Assembly: GCA_964658285.1 (NCBI GenBank)
Contig: CAZZYS010000002.1
Span: 1-62,375, forward strand
Length of the DNA stretch: 62,375 bases
Reading direction: 5' to 3'
Source of the DNA: an uncultured Verrucomicrobiota bacterium
GTDB lineage: Bacteria; Verrucomicrobiota; Verrucomicrobiia; Chthoniobacterales; SZAS-18
The notes under the pieces were generated by a model. The model did not search any database, was not told where the DNA came from, and worked only from the letters and a program-made list of their open reading frames with translations. A program made the translations under genes and the position numbers. Positions 28,570-38,273 of the stretch are shown in pieces (the first letter of the stretch is position 1; each line of letters opens with the position of its first letter).

Positions 28570-29304
28570 TCAGAAGCTGCTTTTGGCGATTGGCTCACTA
28601 TCCGTTCTCGTAAGAACAGCCATCCGTGCGGTGATATCCTCCATCAGCCGAGGATCTCGAACCATCCACGGATGAAGCACGCAGAAGATCGTCTTTGAAT
28701 CACCCACCGGCCAGAGCGAGCTGGTGGCAGGCACAATCATCAGGTCCAACGGCGTCCAGTAGGTGCAAACCGGGACGTGCTGCCAAGTCCGGACGTTCTG
28801 GTTAAGAGCCTGGATGAAGTGACTGTTTGTTCCTAACTCCCTGGTGCCGCCATGCGCGAAGGAGGCCCACGCGGTGCCGTGGTTGGGAGGCGAGATGAGA
28901 AACACGCCCCGGACCCGTCCACGTTCGGCCAGATTCTGCACATAGTCCCGGGCGACGAGTCCACCCATGCTGAAACCGATCAAGATCACCGGTGCGGACT
29001 TGCCAAAGCGAGCGTCGATGGCAGCGGAAAGCTGGAGCGACAAGGCCCGGACACCCGCGCTGCAATCGTTGGGAGCGAGCGAGGGAGCCAAACAGCGGTA
29101 GCCTTGCTGCTCGATCACTTGCACCATCGGTTTGAAGATGGCGCCCGTGTCGTAGATGCCGTGCACGAGAACCACGTTCATCGGCTCGCCGGGAGTCTTG
29201 GCCCACGCCGCTGAGGACGGGAAGCAACTTAACGCCACCGCGAACGCCAGTCGCCACAACCACATGACGGGGGCAGAGGGAGACGAGAATGTGTCGTGGA
29301 ACAT
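28570..29304 (-). CDS. alpha/beta-hydrolase (lipase/esterase)
   Basis: VVLVHG, GFSMGG nucleophile elbow, PNHGT, DLMIVP, His near the C-terminus; start uncertain. Confidence 0.88.
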   Translation of the reverse strand: MFHDTFSSPSAPVMWLWRLAFAVALSCFPSSAAWAKTPGEPMNVVLVHGIYDTGAIFKPMVQVIEQQGYRCLAPSLAPNDCSAGVRALSLQLSAAIDARFGKSAPVILIGFSMGGLVARDYVQNLAERGRVRGVFLISPPNHGTAWASFAHGGTRELGTNSHFIQALNQNVRTWQHVPVCTYWTPLDLMIVPATSSLWPVGDSKTIFCVLHPWMVRDPRLMEDITARMAVLTRTDSEPIAKSSF

Positions 29305-29382
29305 GACGTGATGGCCAATGAATACGGACAAACCCAATTTTGCCGGACTTCGTGGCTCACCCTGTTTGCCAAGTCTCTGATC

Positions 29383-31890
29383 TCAAGGTTGATTGACGTA
29401 CAGCCTGATAAACCCTCTGATGCCGCTCGTCGGCACCCGGACCTGTTTGATCGGATCGCCCGTGACCGGATCAGTGCCAGCTTGTACAATCGTCGGACTG
29501 GCAATCGTCGTCCAGGTCGTCAAATCACCGGAAATTTGCACCGAGCACGAGACTCCACTCGCCAATGCAAACTGCCGATAGGTCAGCGTCAAGTACGGCT
29601 GGCCACCGATGAAAGTAGTTCCTACTGTGGGCAGGGCAGCGCGGTCCGCGGCGGTGAGCGCTCGGCTGGGGTCGATATCAAAAAAGTATTTCAAGAGGTT
29701 GGGAATGCCGTCGCCTTCGGGGGCGGCACCGGGTCCACTGACCGGAGTGTTTCCCTGCTGCGAAGCGGGAAAGAATTGGGCGGCCCACTGCGTGTAGGTT
29801 TCCGAGCTGGTCGGGGTCAACGTGACACTCGTGAAGCCGCAGGAGTTATCCCCATAGTCGTTGTTCGAGGGATATTGTCCCTCGACGATGAGCCCATGCT
29901 GGCCAGCCGTCAGGTAGATGCTTCCCACGACGACGCTCGCCGGTGAGTTAGACACCGGGACACTGGTCGGCGGGCTGCCCAGGGTTTGCCCGTCCACGAG
30001 TACCCGCACGTAGTGATTTGGACTGTTGGAGTTAATCGATAAGCTGATTTGGTAATACCCGCTGCTAGTAACTAGTGGAACAAAACCCAACGCTCCGTTG
30101 TCCGACAGTCCCGCGTTGTAGTTGTTGAAAGAGAAAAGCTGACTGCCGTAGGAAAGATTAGTAGCGGCTGTCGCCGAGACCGCGTTGCCGAAGGTGACGC
30201 CGGGAGCGTTAGCCGAGTCGATGCTGGAGACGGCCTGGAAGAGGGGCGTCGTGAGGTTGAAAATCTGGTCCGTCAGACTCCAGATGTAAGTGGGAGCCCA
30301 ACTCGACGATGTGTAGAAGATGTTCAGGTCGCCGCCCGACTGCTCGAAGAGATTGTGAGCGCTGGTTTGTGCCGTCGTGGCACGAGCATCGAACTTGGCG
30401 AGGGCGGCGGCCGTTCCCCCCGTGCTGGCGTAGCCGTTATTGCCGTTGTACACGCTCCAGCCGCCTTCGTAGGCCACCCGCTTGAGGCCGTAGCCCTTGG
30501 CTAACGCCGTGTCGGCCCGTGTGGTCGCGGCGTACCCGGCGTCTGGAATGCCCGAGCCGTACAGAGCATCCATCGTGGAGGCGGTATCGTCGTTACTCGT
30601 GTAGTAAGTCGCACCACCGGCGCCCCACAGGAAGTAATTGACCGGATGCGGCGTGCTGACATGGCTCACCCCGTCGGAGTTATGGAAGAAGCTGTCCAGA
30701 AATTGGAGTTGCGTGGAGCCTGTGGCCTGACCATCTCCTGCCTGGAATTCCAGCAGCGGACGCACCGTGGCGTTGGCGTTGGGCGGCATGGCTGCGTCTC
30801 CGTACACGGCGCGAAAGGCGTCGCTGATGAGCTTGGCGTGGTAGGCAATGCGCCGCCATGCGCCCGTGTACAAGTTGTCGGCCGCCGCGCCGTCGAAGTT
30901 GAGGATGATCCACTCCGCGTTGTTGGCGGACTGGTCGGCCACGACGGCATCGTAGTTGTCGTGAAACTGCTGGAAGCCGCCGTTCCACACCTCGTTGCTG
31001 TATTCGAGATAGACGTGCAGACCAGATTTCAAGGGGGCGTAAGTCGGATTGGTCTGTGCCGTGGTGTAGGGGTTCATGCCGTCCGAGCCGTAGCGGATCA
31101 GGTTGGCCAGGTTGACGACGTAGGTGCTGTCGGCGGAGAGCGGGATGTTGACGTAGATATCGGTGTTGGTGGCATTGCCGTAAGCCACCACGTACTCGTA
31201 AGCCATCGGCGACTGGTTCCAAGTACCCGGAAAAGAGCGGTCGGACCAATGGACCTGCGTACTATTGTTTGCCCCCACCAGGTCCATGAAACGGGTGACG
31301 GCGAACTTCTGCGACATGGCCAGCGTCTGGTTGGTGAACAGCGTGCCGGGTCCGTAGCTGGTCGCGGCCCCTTCGGAGACCGGGCGGTAGAGGTGGACGT
31401 TGGTGATGCCGGTGTTCGTCGCGGTGGCGGCAGTACGTTGGGTGTTGGTGAAGATGAGCGAGCAATTTTGCGCACTGGTGTCGGTGATGACGACGGTGGC
31501 GGTGGTGGTATTAGTCGCAGAGTTATAGGTGCCGGTGCTGGAGCTCGCGCCGTTCACCGTGCCGTAGTTGTACGACACGGAGACCGTGGCCTTGCCGTTA
31601 AAACTCAGAGCGTACGTGCCCTCGTTGTAGGCGTGACCTTCCCACACGAGCAGCGAGCAGTCTTCGGTCGGCCACTGGTTGCCATCCTCGGCCGCCGCGC
31701 CGTCGCCGAGATGGGTGGCGGTGTCCCAATGTGGACGTGCCTGTCGCACGGCGTCGGCCCAGAGCCAGTCACCAGCGAGATTGATGCCGACGCTCGCCTG
31801 TTGTCCCTGGCAAACCGGGCTGAGCACCAGGAAAGCTTCCACAAAGGCCGTCAGGAGTGTGAAAGCGCGCCAGTGCATCGGGAGATTCAT
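29383..31890 (-). CDS. secreted glycoside-hydrolase-like protein with carbohydrate-binding module and C-terminal surface domain
   Basis: Signal peptide; RFMD, EYSNEVWN and AYEGG (clan-A-like Glu pair); CBM-like YLTAGQH; C-terminal DGIPNLLKYFF...LTLTYR...S.DL..W...FIRL. Confidence 0.75.
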   Translation of the reverse strand: MNLPMHWRAFTLLTAFVEAFLVLSPVCQGQQASVGINLAGDWLWADAVRQARPHWDTATHLGDGAAAEDGNQWPTEDCSLLVWEGHAYNEGTYALSFNGKATVSVSYNYGTVNGASSSTGTYNSATNTTTATVVITDTSAQNCSLIFTNTQRTAATATNTGITNVHLYRPVSEGAATSYGPGTLFTNQTLAMSQKFAVTRFMDLVGANNSTQVHWSDRSFPGTWNQSPMAYEYVVAYGNATNTDIYVNIPLSADSTYVVNLANLIRYGSDGMNPYTTAQTNPTYAPLKSGLHVYLEYSNEVWNGGFQQFHDNYDAVVADQSANNAEWIILNFDGAAADNLYTGAWRRIAYHAKLISDAFRAVYGDAAMPPNANATVRPLLEFQAGDGQATGSTQLQFLDSFFHNSDGVSHVSTPHPVNYFLWGAGGATYYTSNDDTASTMDALYGSGIPDAGYAATTRADTALAKGYGLKRVAYEGGWSVYNGNNGYASTGGTAAALAKFDARATTAQTSAHNLFEQSGGDLNIFYTSSSWAPTYIWSLTDQIFNLTTPLFQAVSSIDSANAPGVTFGNAVSATAATNLSYGSQLFSFNNYNAGLSDNGALGFVPLVTSSGYYQISLSINSNSPNHYVRVLVDGQTLGSPPTSVPVSNSPASVVVGSIYLTAGQHGLIVEGQYPSNNDYGDNSCGFTSVTLTPTSSETYTQWAAQFFPASQQGNTPVSGPGAAPEGDGIPNLLKYFFDIDPSRALTAADRAALPTVGTTFIGGQPYLTLTYRQFALASGVSCSVQISGDLTTWTTIASPTIVQAGTDPVTGDPIKQVRVPTSGIRGFIRLYVNQP

Positions 31891-32038
31891 GTCAGATCGT
31901 CACCACGGAGAACGAGGCCATTTGCAGCATACCACGAGCCAGTGATTGGCTTGCATCCCGTCAGAATGGTCCCACGAAATCCCACGCGTCCGTCCGGGAC
32001 CGTCTGTTTGCATCCGATGGTGAGGACAGCGGACGAAC

Positions 32039-33151
32039 CTATGACAGGCTCTCGACCTCGCCCGTCGGTGCCTCGCTGGAATTGATGGTGTCGATGAGCA
32101 AACGCAGGCGGCCGAAATTACGCCGGTTGGGTGTAAAAACGAGCCGGGGCAAATGGATGATCTCCGGTTCGTTGCGCTCCTGGCGCAAGGCCGCGCCCTG
32201 CACGAAACGTCCACCACGCAGGATGTCGCCGAAACGGTCGTTCAGTTCCTCTACCGTCGCCTCGGAAAGCTGGCGCGCCAGGCGCATCACCATCTGCTGG
32301 CCCACGTAGCGGCTGGATTGATAAACCCGGTAGAAATTGATAGTCTCGGCGACCGCTTGTGCCACGTCATTCGTGAGACGGAACAGAGCAAAATCTTCCT
32401 CGGAAATCAGGCCCAGCTTGAGCAGATGCTCGCGCATAAACGCCTGCCAGGTCTCCCAGTAATGGCCCTGCGGTTCATCGACCATCACGATGGGAATCAT
32501 CTTGGCCTTGCCGGTCTGGAGCAGGGTCAACACCTCGAAGCCCTCGTCCATCGTGCCGAAACCCCCCGGGAAAAGGGCGATGGCGTGACTTTCCTTGAGG
32601 AAGTTGAGCTTGCGGGTGAAGAAATAATTGAAATTGATGAGCTTGGGATCGCCGTCGATGGTGACGTTCGCGCCCTGCTCGAAAGGCAGGCGGATGTTCA
32701 ACCCGAAAGAGTGCTCGGCCCCGGCCCCGCGCTGGGCCGCACCCATGATGCCATCGCCACCGCCGGTGATGATCATGTAGCCTTCCTCGCGCATCCGGCG
32801 GGAATACTGTTCCGCCGCCAGGGCCTCGGGAGCCTGGGGCAAGGTGCGCGCGCTGCCGAAGACGGACACCTTGCGGACGGGCCGGTACTGGGCGAAAAGC
32901 CGGGCGGCGTAACGCAGTTCCTTGAGGGAACGGTTGTACATCTTCAGGTCAGCCACGCTCATGCGATCCTGGGCCATCTTGAGCACGGTGCCCACCATCT
33001 CCTCGATCAACTCCGGCGAATGGTCGTAGCCCCATTGCTTGACCAGTTTCTTGACCGCCTCGTTGATCGAAGGGTCTTCGGTGGGCGGCAGAACCTGCGT
33101 GACGGGCGGACTGGTCTCGGGCTCCCCTGGAGAAAATTCGTCTGACAGCAC
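32039..33151 (-). CDS. LOG family protein (TIGR00730-like nucleotide phosphoribohydrolase)
   Basis: VFGSAR, TGGGDGIM, FFTRKLNF, PGGFGTMDE. Confidence 0.9.
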   Translation of the reverse strand: MLSDEFSPGEPETSPPVTQVLPPTEDPSINEAVKKLVKQWGYDHSPELIEEMVGTVLKMAQDRMSVADLKMYNRSLKELRYAARLFAQYRPVRKVSVFGSARTLPQAPEALAAEQYSRRMREEGYMIITGGGDGIMGAAQRGAGAEHSFGLNIRLPFEQGANVTIDGDPKLINFNYFFTRKLNFLKESHAIALFPGGFGTMDEGFEVLTLLQTGKAKMIPIVMVDEPQGHYWETWQAFMREHLLKLGLISEEDFALFRLTNDVAQAVAETINFYRVYQSSRYVGQQMVMRLARQLSEATVEELNDRFGDILRGGRFVQGAALRQERNEPEIIHLPRLVFTPNRRNFGRLRLLIDTINSSEAPTGEVESLS

Positions 33152-33219
33152 GGTCTAGTTTCAGACCCACCATCCCAAATGCAAGGGGCGAATCCTGCGG
33201 CTGCCCGTGGCCGGAGAAC

Positions 33220-34914
33220 TCAACGCAGCATGGAGAAATGTTCCAACACCGGGCCGAGCGCGAGCGCAGGCAGGAAGTTCAACGCGCCCACCAGCAGCGC
33301 CGTCGCGGCAAGCAGCACCCCGAACTGGATGCCGTCGGACGGCACCGTCCCGGAACTGGGTGGCCGCCGGGTCGTGGCGGCAAAACGTCCCGCCAGAGCC
33401 AACGCCAGGATCGCCAGTCCCCAACGCCCGACCAGCATGGCGATCCCCGTCGTGGCGTTGTAGAAAACGGTGTTCGCGTTCAGGCCCGCCATGTTTTGCC
33501 CGTTGTTCGCCAGCGCGCTCGCGTAGGCAAAGAAAATCTCCGTGAACCCGTGTGCGCCGGTGTTGGTCGTCAGCCCTTCCAGGCCCGCTGGCAGAGTCAC
33601 GGCGAGGGCGGTCAGCACCAGGACCGTCGCGGGACCCAGGAGCGTGTAAACCGCGATGATTTTCATCTCCGGCGGCCCGAGGCGGCGGCCGAGATGTTCG
33701 GGGGAACGGCCGACCATCAGGCCACCGATGAAAAGCGCCACCAACGCCACGAACACCATGCTGTAGAGTCCGGTGCCTAGGCCGCCGTAGACGATCTCGC
33801 CCAGCAGCAGGTTGAGCAGCGGAACGAGGACGCCGAGCGGCTGAAAGCTGTCGTGCATCGCGTTGTAGGAGCCGGTGGCACCGTTGGAAGTCACGACCGC
33901 CGCCAGCGCCGAGCCGCCGACCCCGAAACGGGCCTCCTTGCCTTCCAGGTTGCCGCCGCTGACCGCCTGCGCCAGCGCGGGATGCAGGTGACCCTCCGCC
34001 CAGCCGCACACCAGATACCCCGCCACGAAAAGCGCGGTCATCGTCCAGAAAATCACCCACCCGTCGCGCGGCCGACCCACCATGCGGCCGAACGTGTGGG
34101 TGAACGCCGCCGGGAGCACCACAATGGCGAGCAGTTCGACCAGGTTGGCGAGCGGCGTCGGGTTCTCGAAGGGATGCGCGCCGTTGGCGTTGAAGAAACC
34201 GCCGCCGTTGGTGCCCAGGTTCTTGATGAATTCGAGCACGGCGACCGGGCCTTGGGCGATGGTCTGCGTCTCGCCGCCGACCGTGTGAACGACGGTGTAA
34301 GACAAGAAATTCATCGGCACGCCCTGCGCGATCAGGAACACGCCGCCCAGCAACGACACCGGCAGGAGCACCCACAGCAACGCCCGGACGAGATCGACCC
34401 AGAAGTTGCCCAGTGCCGTCGTTTGCTCGCGGGCGTAGCCGCGAATGAACGCGATGCCCACGGCCAGCCCCGCCGCGCCACCCAGGAAGTTTTGCCCGAC
34501 CAGCAGGAGCTGGCTAAAATAACTCATGGCGGTCTCACCCGCGTAAGCCTGCCAGGTGGTCGTGGTCACGAAACTGACCGACGTGTTGGCCGCGAGGTCC
34601 GGCGTCATCGGTGTGGTCATCATCCCGGGAAAGAACCACGGCAAGAATGCCTGCCAGCGCAGCGCGAGGTAGAGCGCCACCATGTTCACTACGCCGAAGA
34701 GTACGAACGCCAGCGAGTAGTGCTTCCAATCCATCTCGCGCTCGGGATGGACACGCAAGAGCCGGTGGATGAGTCGTTCGGTCGGGACGAGGACGGGGTC
34801 CAAAAAAGTCGCTTGCCGTTCGAAGACGCGCTGCAAGTAGACGCCGACCGGCTTGACCAGCAGGACGACAATCAGGAGAAAGATGAACAACTGGACGAGT
34901 GCAAAGGTGGTCAT
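33220..34914 (-). CDS. kdpA: potassium-transporting ATPase subunit A, orphan divergent paralog
   Basis: NFWVD, GTNGGGFFNANGAHPFENPT, NLEGKEARFG, GLMVGRSPE, ALALGP; no kdpB/C adjacent. Confidence 0.9.
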   Translation of the reverse strand: MTTFALVQLFIFLLIVVLLVKPVGVYLQRVFERQATFLDPVLVPTERLIHRLLRVHPEREMDWKHYSLAFVLFGVVNMVALYLALRWQAFLPWFFPGMMTTPMTPDLAANTSVSFVTTTTWQAYAGETAMSYFSQLLLVGQNFLGGAAGLAVGIAFIRGYAREQTTALGNFWVDLVRALLWVLLPVSLLGGVFLIAQGVPMNFLSYTVVHTVGGETQTIAQGPVAVLEFIKNLGTNGGGFFNANGAHPFENPTPLANLVELLAIVVLPAAFTHTFGRMVGRPRDGWVIFWTMTALFVAGYLVCGWAEGHLHPALAQAVSGGNLEGKEARFGVGGSALAAVVTSNGATGSYNAMHDSFQPLGVLVPLLNLLLGEIVYGGLGTGLYSMVFVALVALFIGGLMVGRSPEHLGRRLGPPEMKIIAVYTLLGPATVLVLTALAVTLPAGLEGLTTNTGAHGFTEIFFAYASALANNGQNMAGLNANTVFYNATTGIAMLVGRWGLAILALALAGRFAATTRRPPSSGTVPSDGIQFGVLLAATALLVGALNFLPALALGPVLEHFSMLR

Positions 34915-35044
34915 GCGAGCGGAGTTTGCGGCGCGGCGATAGAAACAGCGACTTGTACAAACTCGCCACAGTTTCTAATTTCAGTCAAATGGCACGGTGG
35001 AGGATTATACTTTAATGGGTAAGTGGAAAACCTCGCCGTAGGCG

Positions 35045-35175
35045 GTCGTCCTGTAAGGTAGGGATGGCTCTCCGAGCCAGTCCCTAATTTTTCTGGAAAT
35101 GCGTTGTTTCAGTAGCGGTTATCCAGACAAATCTAGGGACTGGCTCGGAGAGCCATCCCTACCTTACAGGACGAC
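35045..35175. repeat. REPIN-like element (two inverted GTAG-type REP units)
   Basis: Perfect 42-bp inverted repeats at 35045-35086 and 35134-35175; each contains GTAG followed by the hairpin GGATGGCTC-TCC-GAGCCAGTCC. Confidence 0.85.
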
Positions 35176-35241
35176 GGGCGGCCCGAGCCAAAACGTGGTT
35201 TCATTGACCAGTCAAATCCGGTGCGCCAAGATCGCTGCCCC

Positions 35242-36534
35242 ATGACCCTTCCCTACGTTGTGGCGCTGCTGTTGACCTTCGCCGCGCTGACGACCTACCT
35301 GAACGAACGATTCCTGAAGTTGCCGACCACGATTGCCCTGGTGCTTTTCTCACTGGGCATCTCCCTGGTGATCCTGCTGTCCAGTCGGGCCGGACTCGCC
35401 TGGTCGCGGCACGCCGAAGCCCTGGTGCGTCAGATCGACTTCGGCGAATCCCTCATGAATGGGATGCTCGGCTACCTGCTTTTTGCCGGTTCCATGCACG
35501 TGCCCCTCGATGAACTGCGCGAGCACCGCTGGCCCGTCGCCATCCTGGCCACGGTGGGCGTTTTGCTGACGCTGCTGTTCGTAGCCACGATGATGGGTTG
35601 GGTGTTCTCCGTCCTGGGACTGAACGTTCCCTGGGTTTACTGCCTGGTATTCGGCGCGTTGATCTCGCCGACCGATCCGGTCGCCGTGCTCGACATGCTG
35701 CGCCGCGCGGGCGCACCGCGTGCGCTCGAAACGGGCATCGCCGGGGAATCGCTCTTCAACGATGGCATCGGCGTGGTGGCCTTCGTGACCTGCTACCAAC
35801 TGCTCGGGCAGGCACCCGCGGCCGGACCGGACTGGCCGCACTTCTGGCTGCTGGTGCTCTGGCAGGTCGCGGGCGGGCTGGGGTTGGGCGTGCTGCTCGG
35901 CTGGGTGACCTACCACCTGCTGCGCACCGTGGATGATTACAGCGTGGAGGTTTTTTTGACGTTGGCGATGGTTTCCGGCGGGTACGCGCTCGCCACCGCC
36001 CTCGGGTTCTCGGGTCCCCTGGCCATCGTGGCGGCGGGATTGATTGTCGGCAACATCGCCCGGCATCGGGTCATGTCCACGCGAACCCGGGAGCGGCTGG
36101 ATGACTTCTGGGAATTGATCGACGGGATGCTCAACGCCGTGCTTTTCGTGTTGATCGGGCTGGCGGTGCTTTCGTTGCGACCCACCGGCGGCGCGCTGCT
36201 GGCCGGTTGCCTGGCGGTGCCGGTGGTGCTCGCGGCCCGCTGGTTGAGCATCGGCGCTTTGCTCACGCTGATCTGGCCCGAACCCGGCCGGCCGTTCCCC
36301 GTGCACAGCATCAAACTACTGACCTGGGGCGGTTTGCGCGGCGGAATACCCGTCGCGCTCGCCTTGTCCCTCCCGGCCGGGCACGAGCGCGAGACCCTGC
36401 TGACGGCCACCTACATCATCGTGGTGTTCTCCGTGGTGGTTCAGGGTCTGACCTTTCCATCGCTCCTGCGCTGGGCTTTACCGGCGAAGGGAGAATCCCC
36501 GCTGTCCCCGCAGACGGCTCCGAACGAAAGTTGA
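35242..36534 (+). CDS. Na+/H+ antiporter, CPA1 (NhaP-like)
   Basis: Multiple TM helices; ISPTDPVAV, GESLFNDG, WGGLRGG. Confidence 0.92.
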   Translation: MTLPYVVALLLTFAALTTYLNERFLKLPTTIALVLFSLGISLVILLSSRAGLAWSRHAEALVRQIDFGESLMNGMLGYLLFAGSMHVPLDELREHRWPVAILATVGVLLTLLFVATMMGWVFSVLGLNVPWVYCLVFGALISPTDPVAVLDMLRRAGAPRALETGIAGESLFNDGIGVVAFVTCYQLLGQAPAAGPDWPHFWLLVLWQVAGGLGLGVLLGWVTYHLLRTVDDYSVEVFLTLAMVSGGYALATALGFSGPLAIVAAGLIVGNIARHRVMSTRTRERLDDFWELIDGMLNAVLFVLIGLAVLSLRPTGGALLAGCLAVPVVLAARWLSIGALLTLIWPEPGRPFPVHSIKLLTWGGLRGGIPVALALSLPAGHERETLLTATYIIVVFSVVVQGLTFPSLLRWALPAKGESPLSPQTAPNES

Positions 36535-36632
36535 AGGAACGGCACTGGTCGATCCGCATTGCATTTTGCGAAACGTCGGCGGAGCTTGTGTGTACAGCGG
36601 ACATGTTCTTCCGCGTTTGTGACGCCTGTTTC

Positions 36633-37991
36633 ATGCGAATTTTGGTCGTAGACGACGAACGCAACATCGCCAGGATGCTCTCGGTGGCACTGGAGGCGGA
36701 TGGGCACGAAGTGGTCGCCGTCGAGAGCGGCTCCGGGGCCTTGCGCCAGGTGCAAAAAATCCCTTTCGACGCCGCCTTTCTGGACCTGCGCCTCGGCCAG
36801 GAAGACGGCCTGGAGGTCCTGGCCCAACTCCGGCGCGCCGACGCGGGCGTCGCCGTGGTCATCATCACCGCCTTCGCCTCTATCTCCAGCGCCGTGGAAG
36901 CGACCCGGCGTGGCGCGGTGGATTATCTGCCAAAGCCCTTCACGCCCGAGCAGGTGCGGCTGGTCCTGGGACGCATCGAACAGCGGCGCGGCCTGGAACG
37001 GCGGGTCCAGGAATTGGAGTCGCTTTTCCAGCCTTCGTCGGCGGCACCCGCCGCTTCGACCGACCCCGCGATGGCAGGCGTGCTGGACCTGGCGCATCGG
37101 ACCGCTGCCAGCCATGCCTCCATCATCCTGCTCGGAGAGAGCGGCACCGGCAAAAGCGTGCTGGCGCGTGACATTCACCAACACAGCCTGCGGGCGGCGC
37201 GGCCGTTTGTCACGGTGAGCGCCCCGAGCCTGTCGCGGGAGCTGTTGGAGAGCGATCTGTTCGGCCATGCCCGGGGAGCTTTCACGGGGGCGGCCACCGA
37301 GACGGAGGGCAAGGTCGCGGCGGCGAGTGGGGGCACGCTTTACCTGGACGAGATCGGCGAACTGCCGCTGGACATCCAGCCCAAGCTGCTGCGTCTGCTG
37401 CAAGAGCACGAGTACGAACGGGTGGGGGAAACGCAGACCCGCCGCGCCGACGTGCGGGTCATTTCCTCCACCAACCGCGACCTCGTGCAAGCGGTCAAGG
37501 AGGGGAAGTTCCGCGAGGACCTGTACTATCGGCTGAACGTGGTGACGCTGAGCCTGCCGCCGTTGCGCGAGCGTCCGCACGACCTGGAACAGTTGGCGGC
37601 GGCACATCTGCGCTTCTTTGCGCGCCAGTCCGGCAAGCTCATCACGGACTTCAGCCCCGAGGCCAGGGACGCGATGCGTCGTTACCCGTGGCCGGGTAAT
37701 CTGCGCGAACTGCGGAACGCCATCGAGCGCGCCGTGATCCTCTCCACGGGGCCGACGGTGGAAGTGGCACATCTCTCCGAGATCATCGCCAAGAATCCCG
37801 TGGACCAGCCGCTCGAAGTCGGTGCGTCCGTCAGCCTGGCGGAATTGGCTGACGAGCACATCCGCCGCGTGCTGGCGAAAACCTCGCGACTCGAAGATGC
37901 CGCGGCGATCCTCGGCATCGACCTGGCGACCCTCTACCGTCGTCGGCGCAAGTGGCAGAACGGGACGGCCGAGGGTTCGTCCGCCGATTGA
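36633..37991 (+). CDS. sigma54-dependent response regulator (NtrC/AlgB-like)
   Basis: Receiver (VVDDE, LDL, PKP), GESGTGKS, GAFTGA, LDEIGE, FREDLYYRL, WPGNLREL, Fis-type HTH. Confidence 0.95.
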   Translation: MRILVVDDERNIARMLSVALEADGHEVVAVESGSGALRQVQKIPFDAAFLDLRLGQEDGLEVLAQLRRADAGVAVVIITAFASISSAVEATRRGAVDYLPKPFTPEQVRLVLGRIEQRRGLERRVQELESLFQPSSAAPAASTDPAMAGVLDLAHRTAASHASIILLGESGTGKSVLARDIHQHSLRAARPFVTVSAPSLSRELLESDLFGHARGAFTGAATETEGKVAAASGGTLYLDEIGELPLDIQPKLLRLLQEHEYERVGETQTRRADVRVISSTNRDLVQAVKEGKFREDLYYRLNVVTLSLPPLRERPHDLEQLAAAHLRFFARQSGKLITDFSPEARDAMRRYPWPGNLRELRNAIERAVILSTGPTVEVAHLSEIIAKNPVDQPLEVGASVSLAELADEHIRRVLAKTSRLEDAAAILGIDLATLYRRRRKWQNGTAEGSSAD

Positions 37992-38103
37992 GCCGGCGGC
38001 GGAGGATGCTCGGATCGCGCCATCCACCTTCAGAAACAGTGCAAGCGTCCGGCGTTCGGAGTGGTCCCGCACTGCGGTGAACCGCGCCTTTGAAATCCGG
38101 CCA

Positions 38104-38150
38104 TCGTGCAATTTGCCGAACGCGCCCCGGACAGTATGCAAATTGCACGA
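38104..38150. promoter_or_regulatory. putative upstream activator (enhancer) site
   Basis: 13-bp inverted repeat tcgtgcaatttgc / gcaaattgcacga about 100 bp upstream of the sigma54 motif. Confidence 0.55.
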
Positions 38151-38237
38151 CTCGCTGCATTCAACTTACCCCGTTTTCAGTAGGCGATAAGACATTAACT
38201 CCTTATTTGAATGAACTTGCATGATAAGCAATCAGCG

Positions 38238-38254
38238 TTGGCACGGCGAAAGCT
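38238..38254 (+). promoter_or_regulatory. sigma54 (-24/-12) promoter
   Basis: TTGGCACGGCGAAAGCT: GG-N10-GC, 20 bp before ATG 38274. Confidence 0.65.
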
Positions 38255-38273
38255 AAGTGAGTTTTCGCCCAAT

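Noticed and set aside
34989-35005. sigma54 promoter TGGCACGG... upstream of the antiporter
   Set aside because: The -12 GC is absent at the required spacing.
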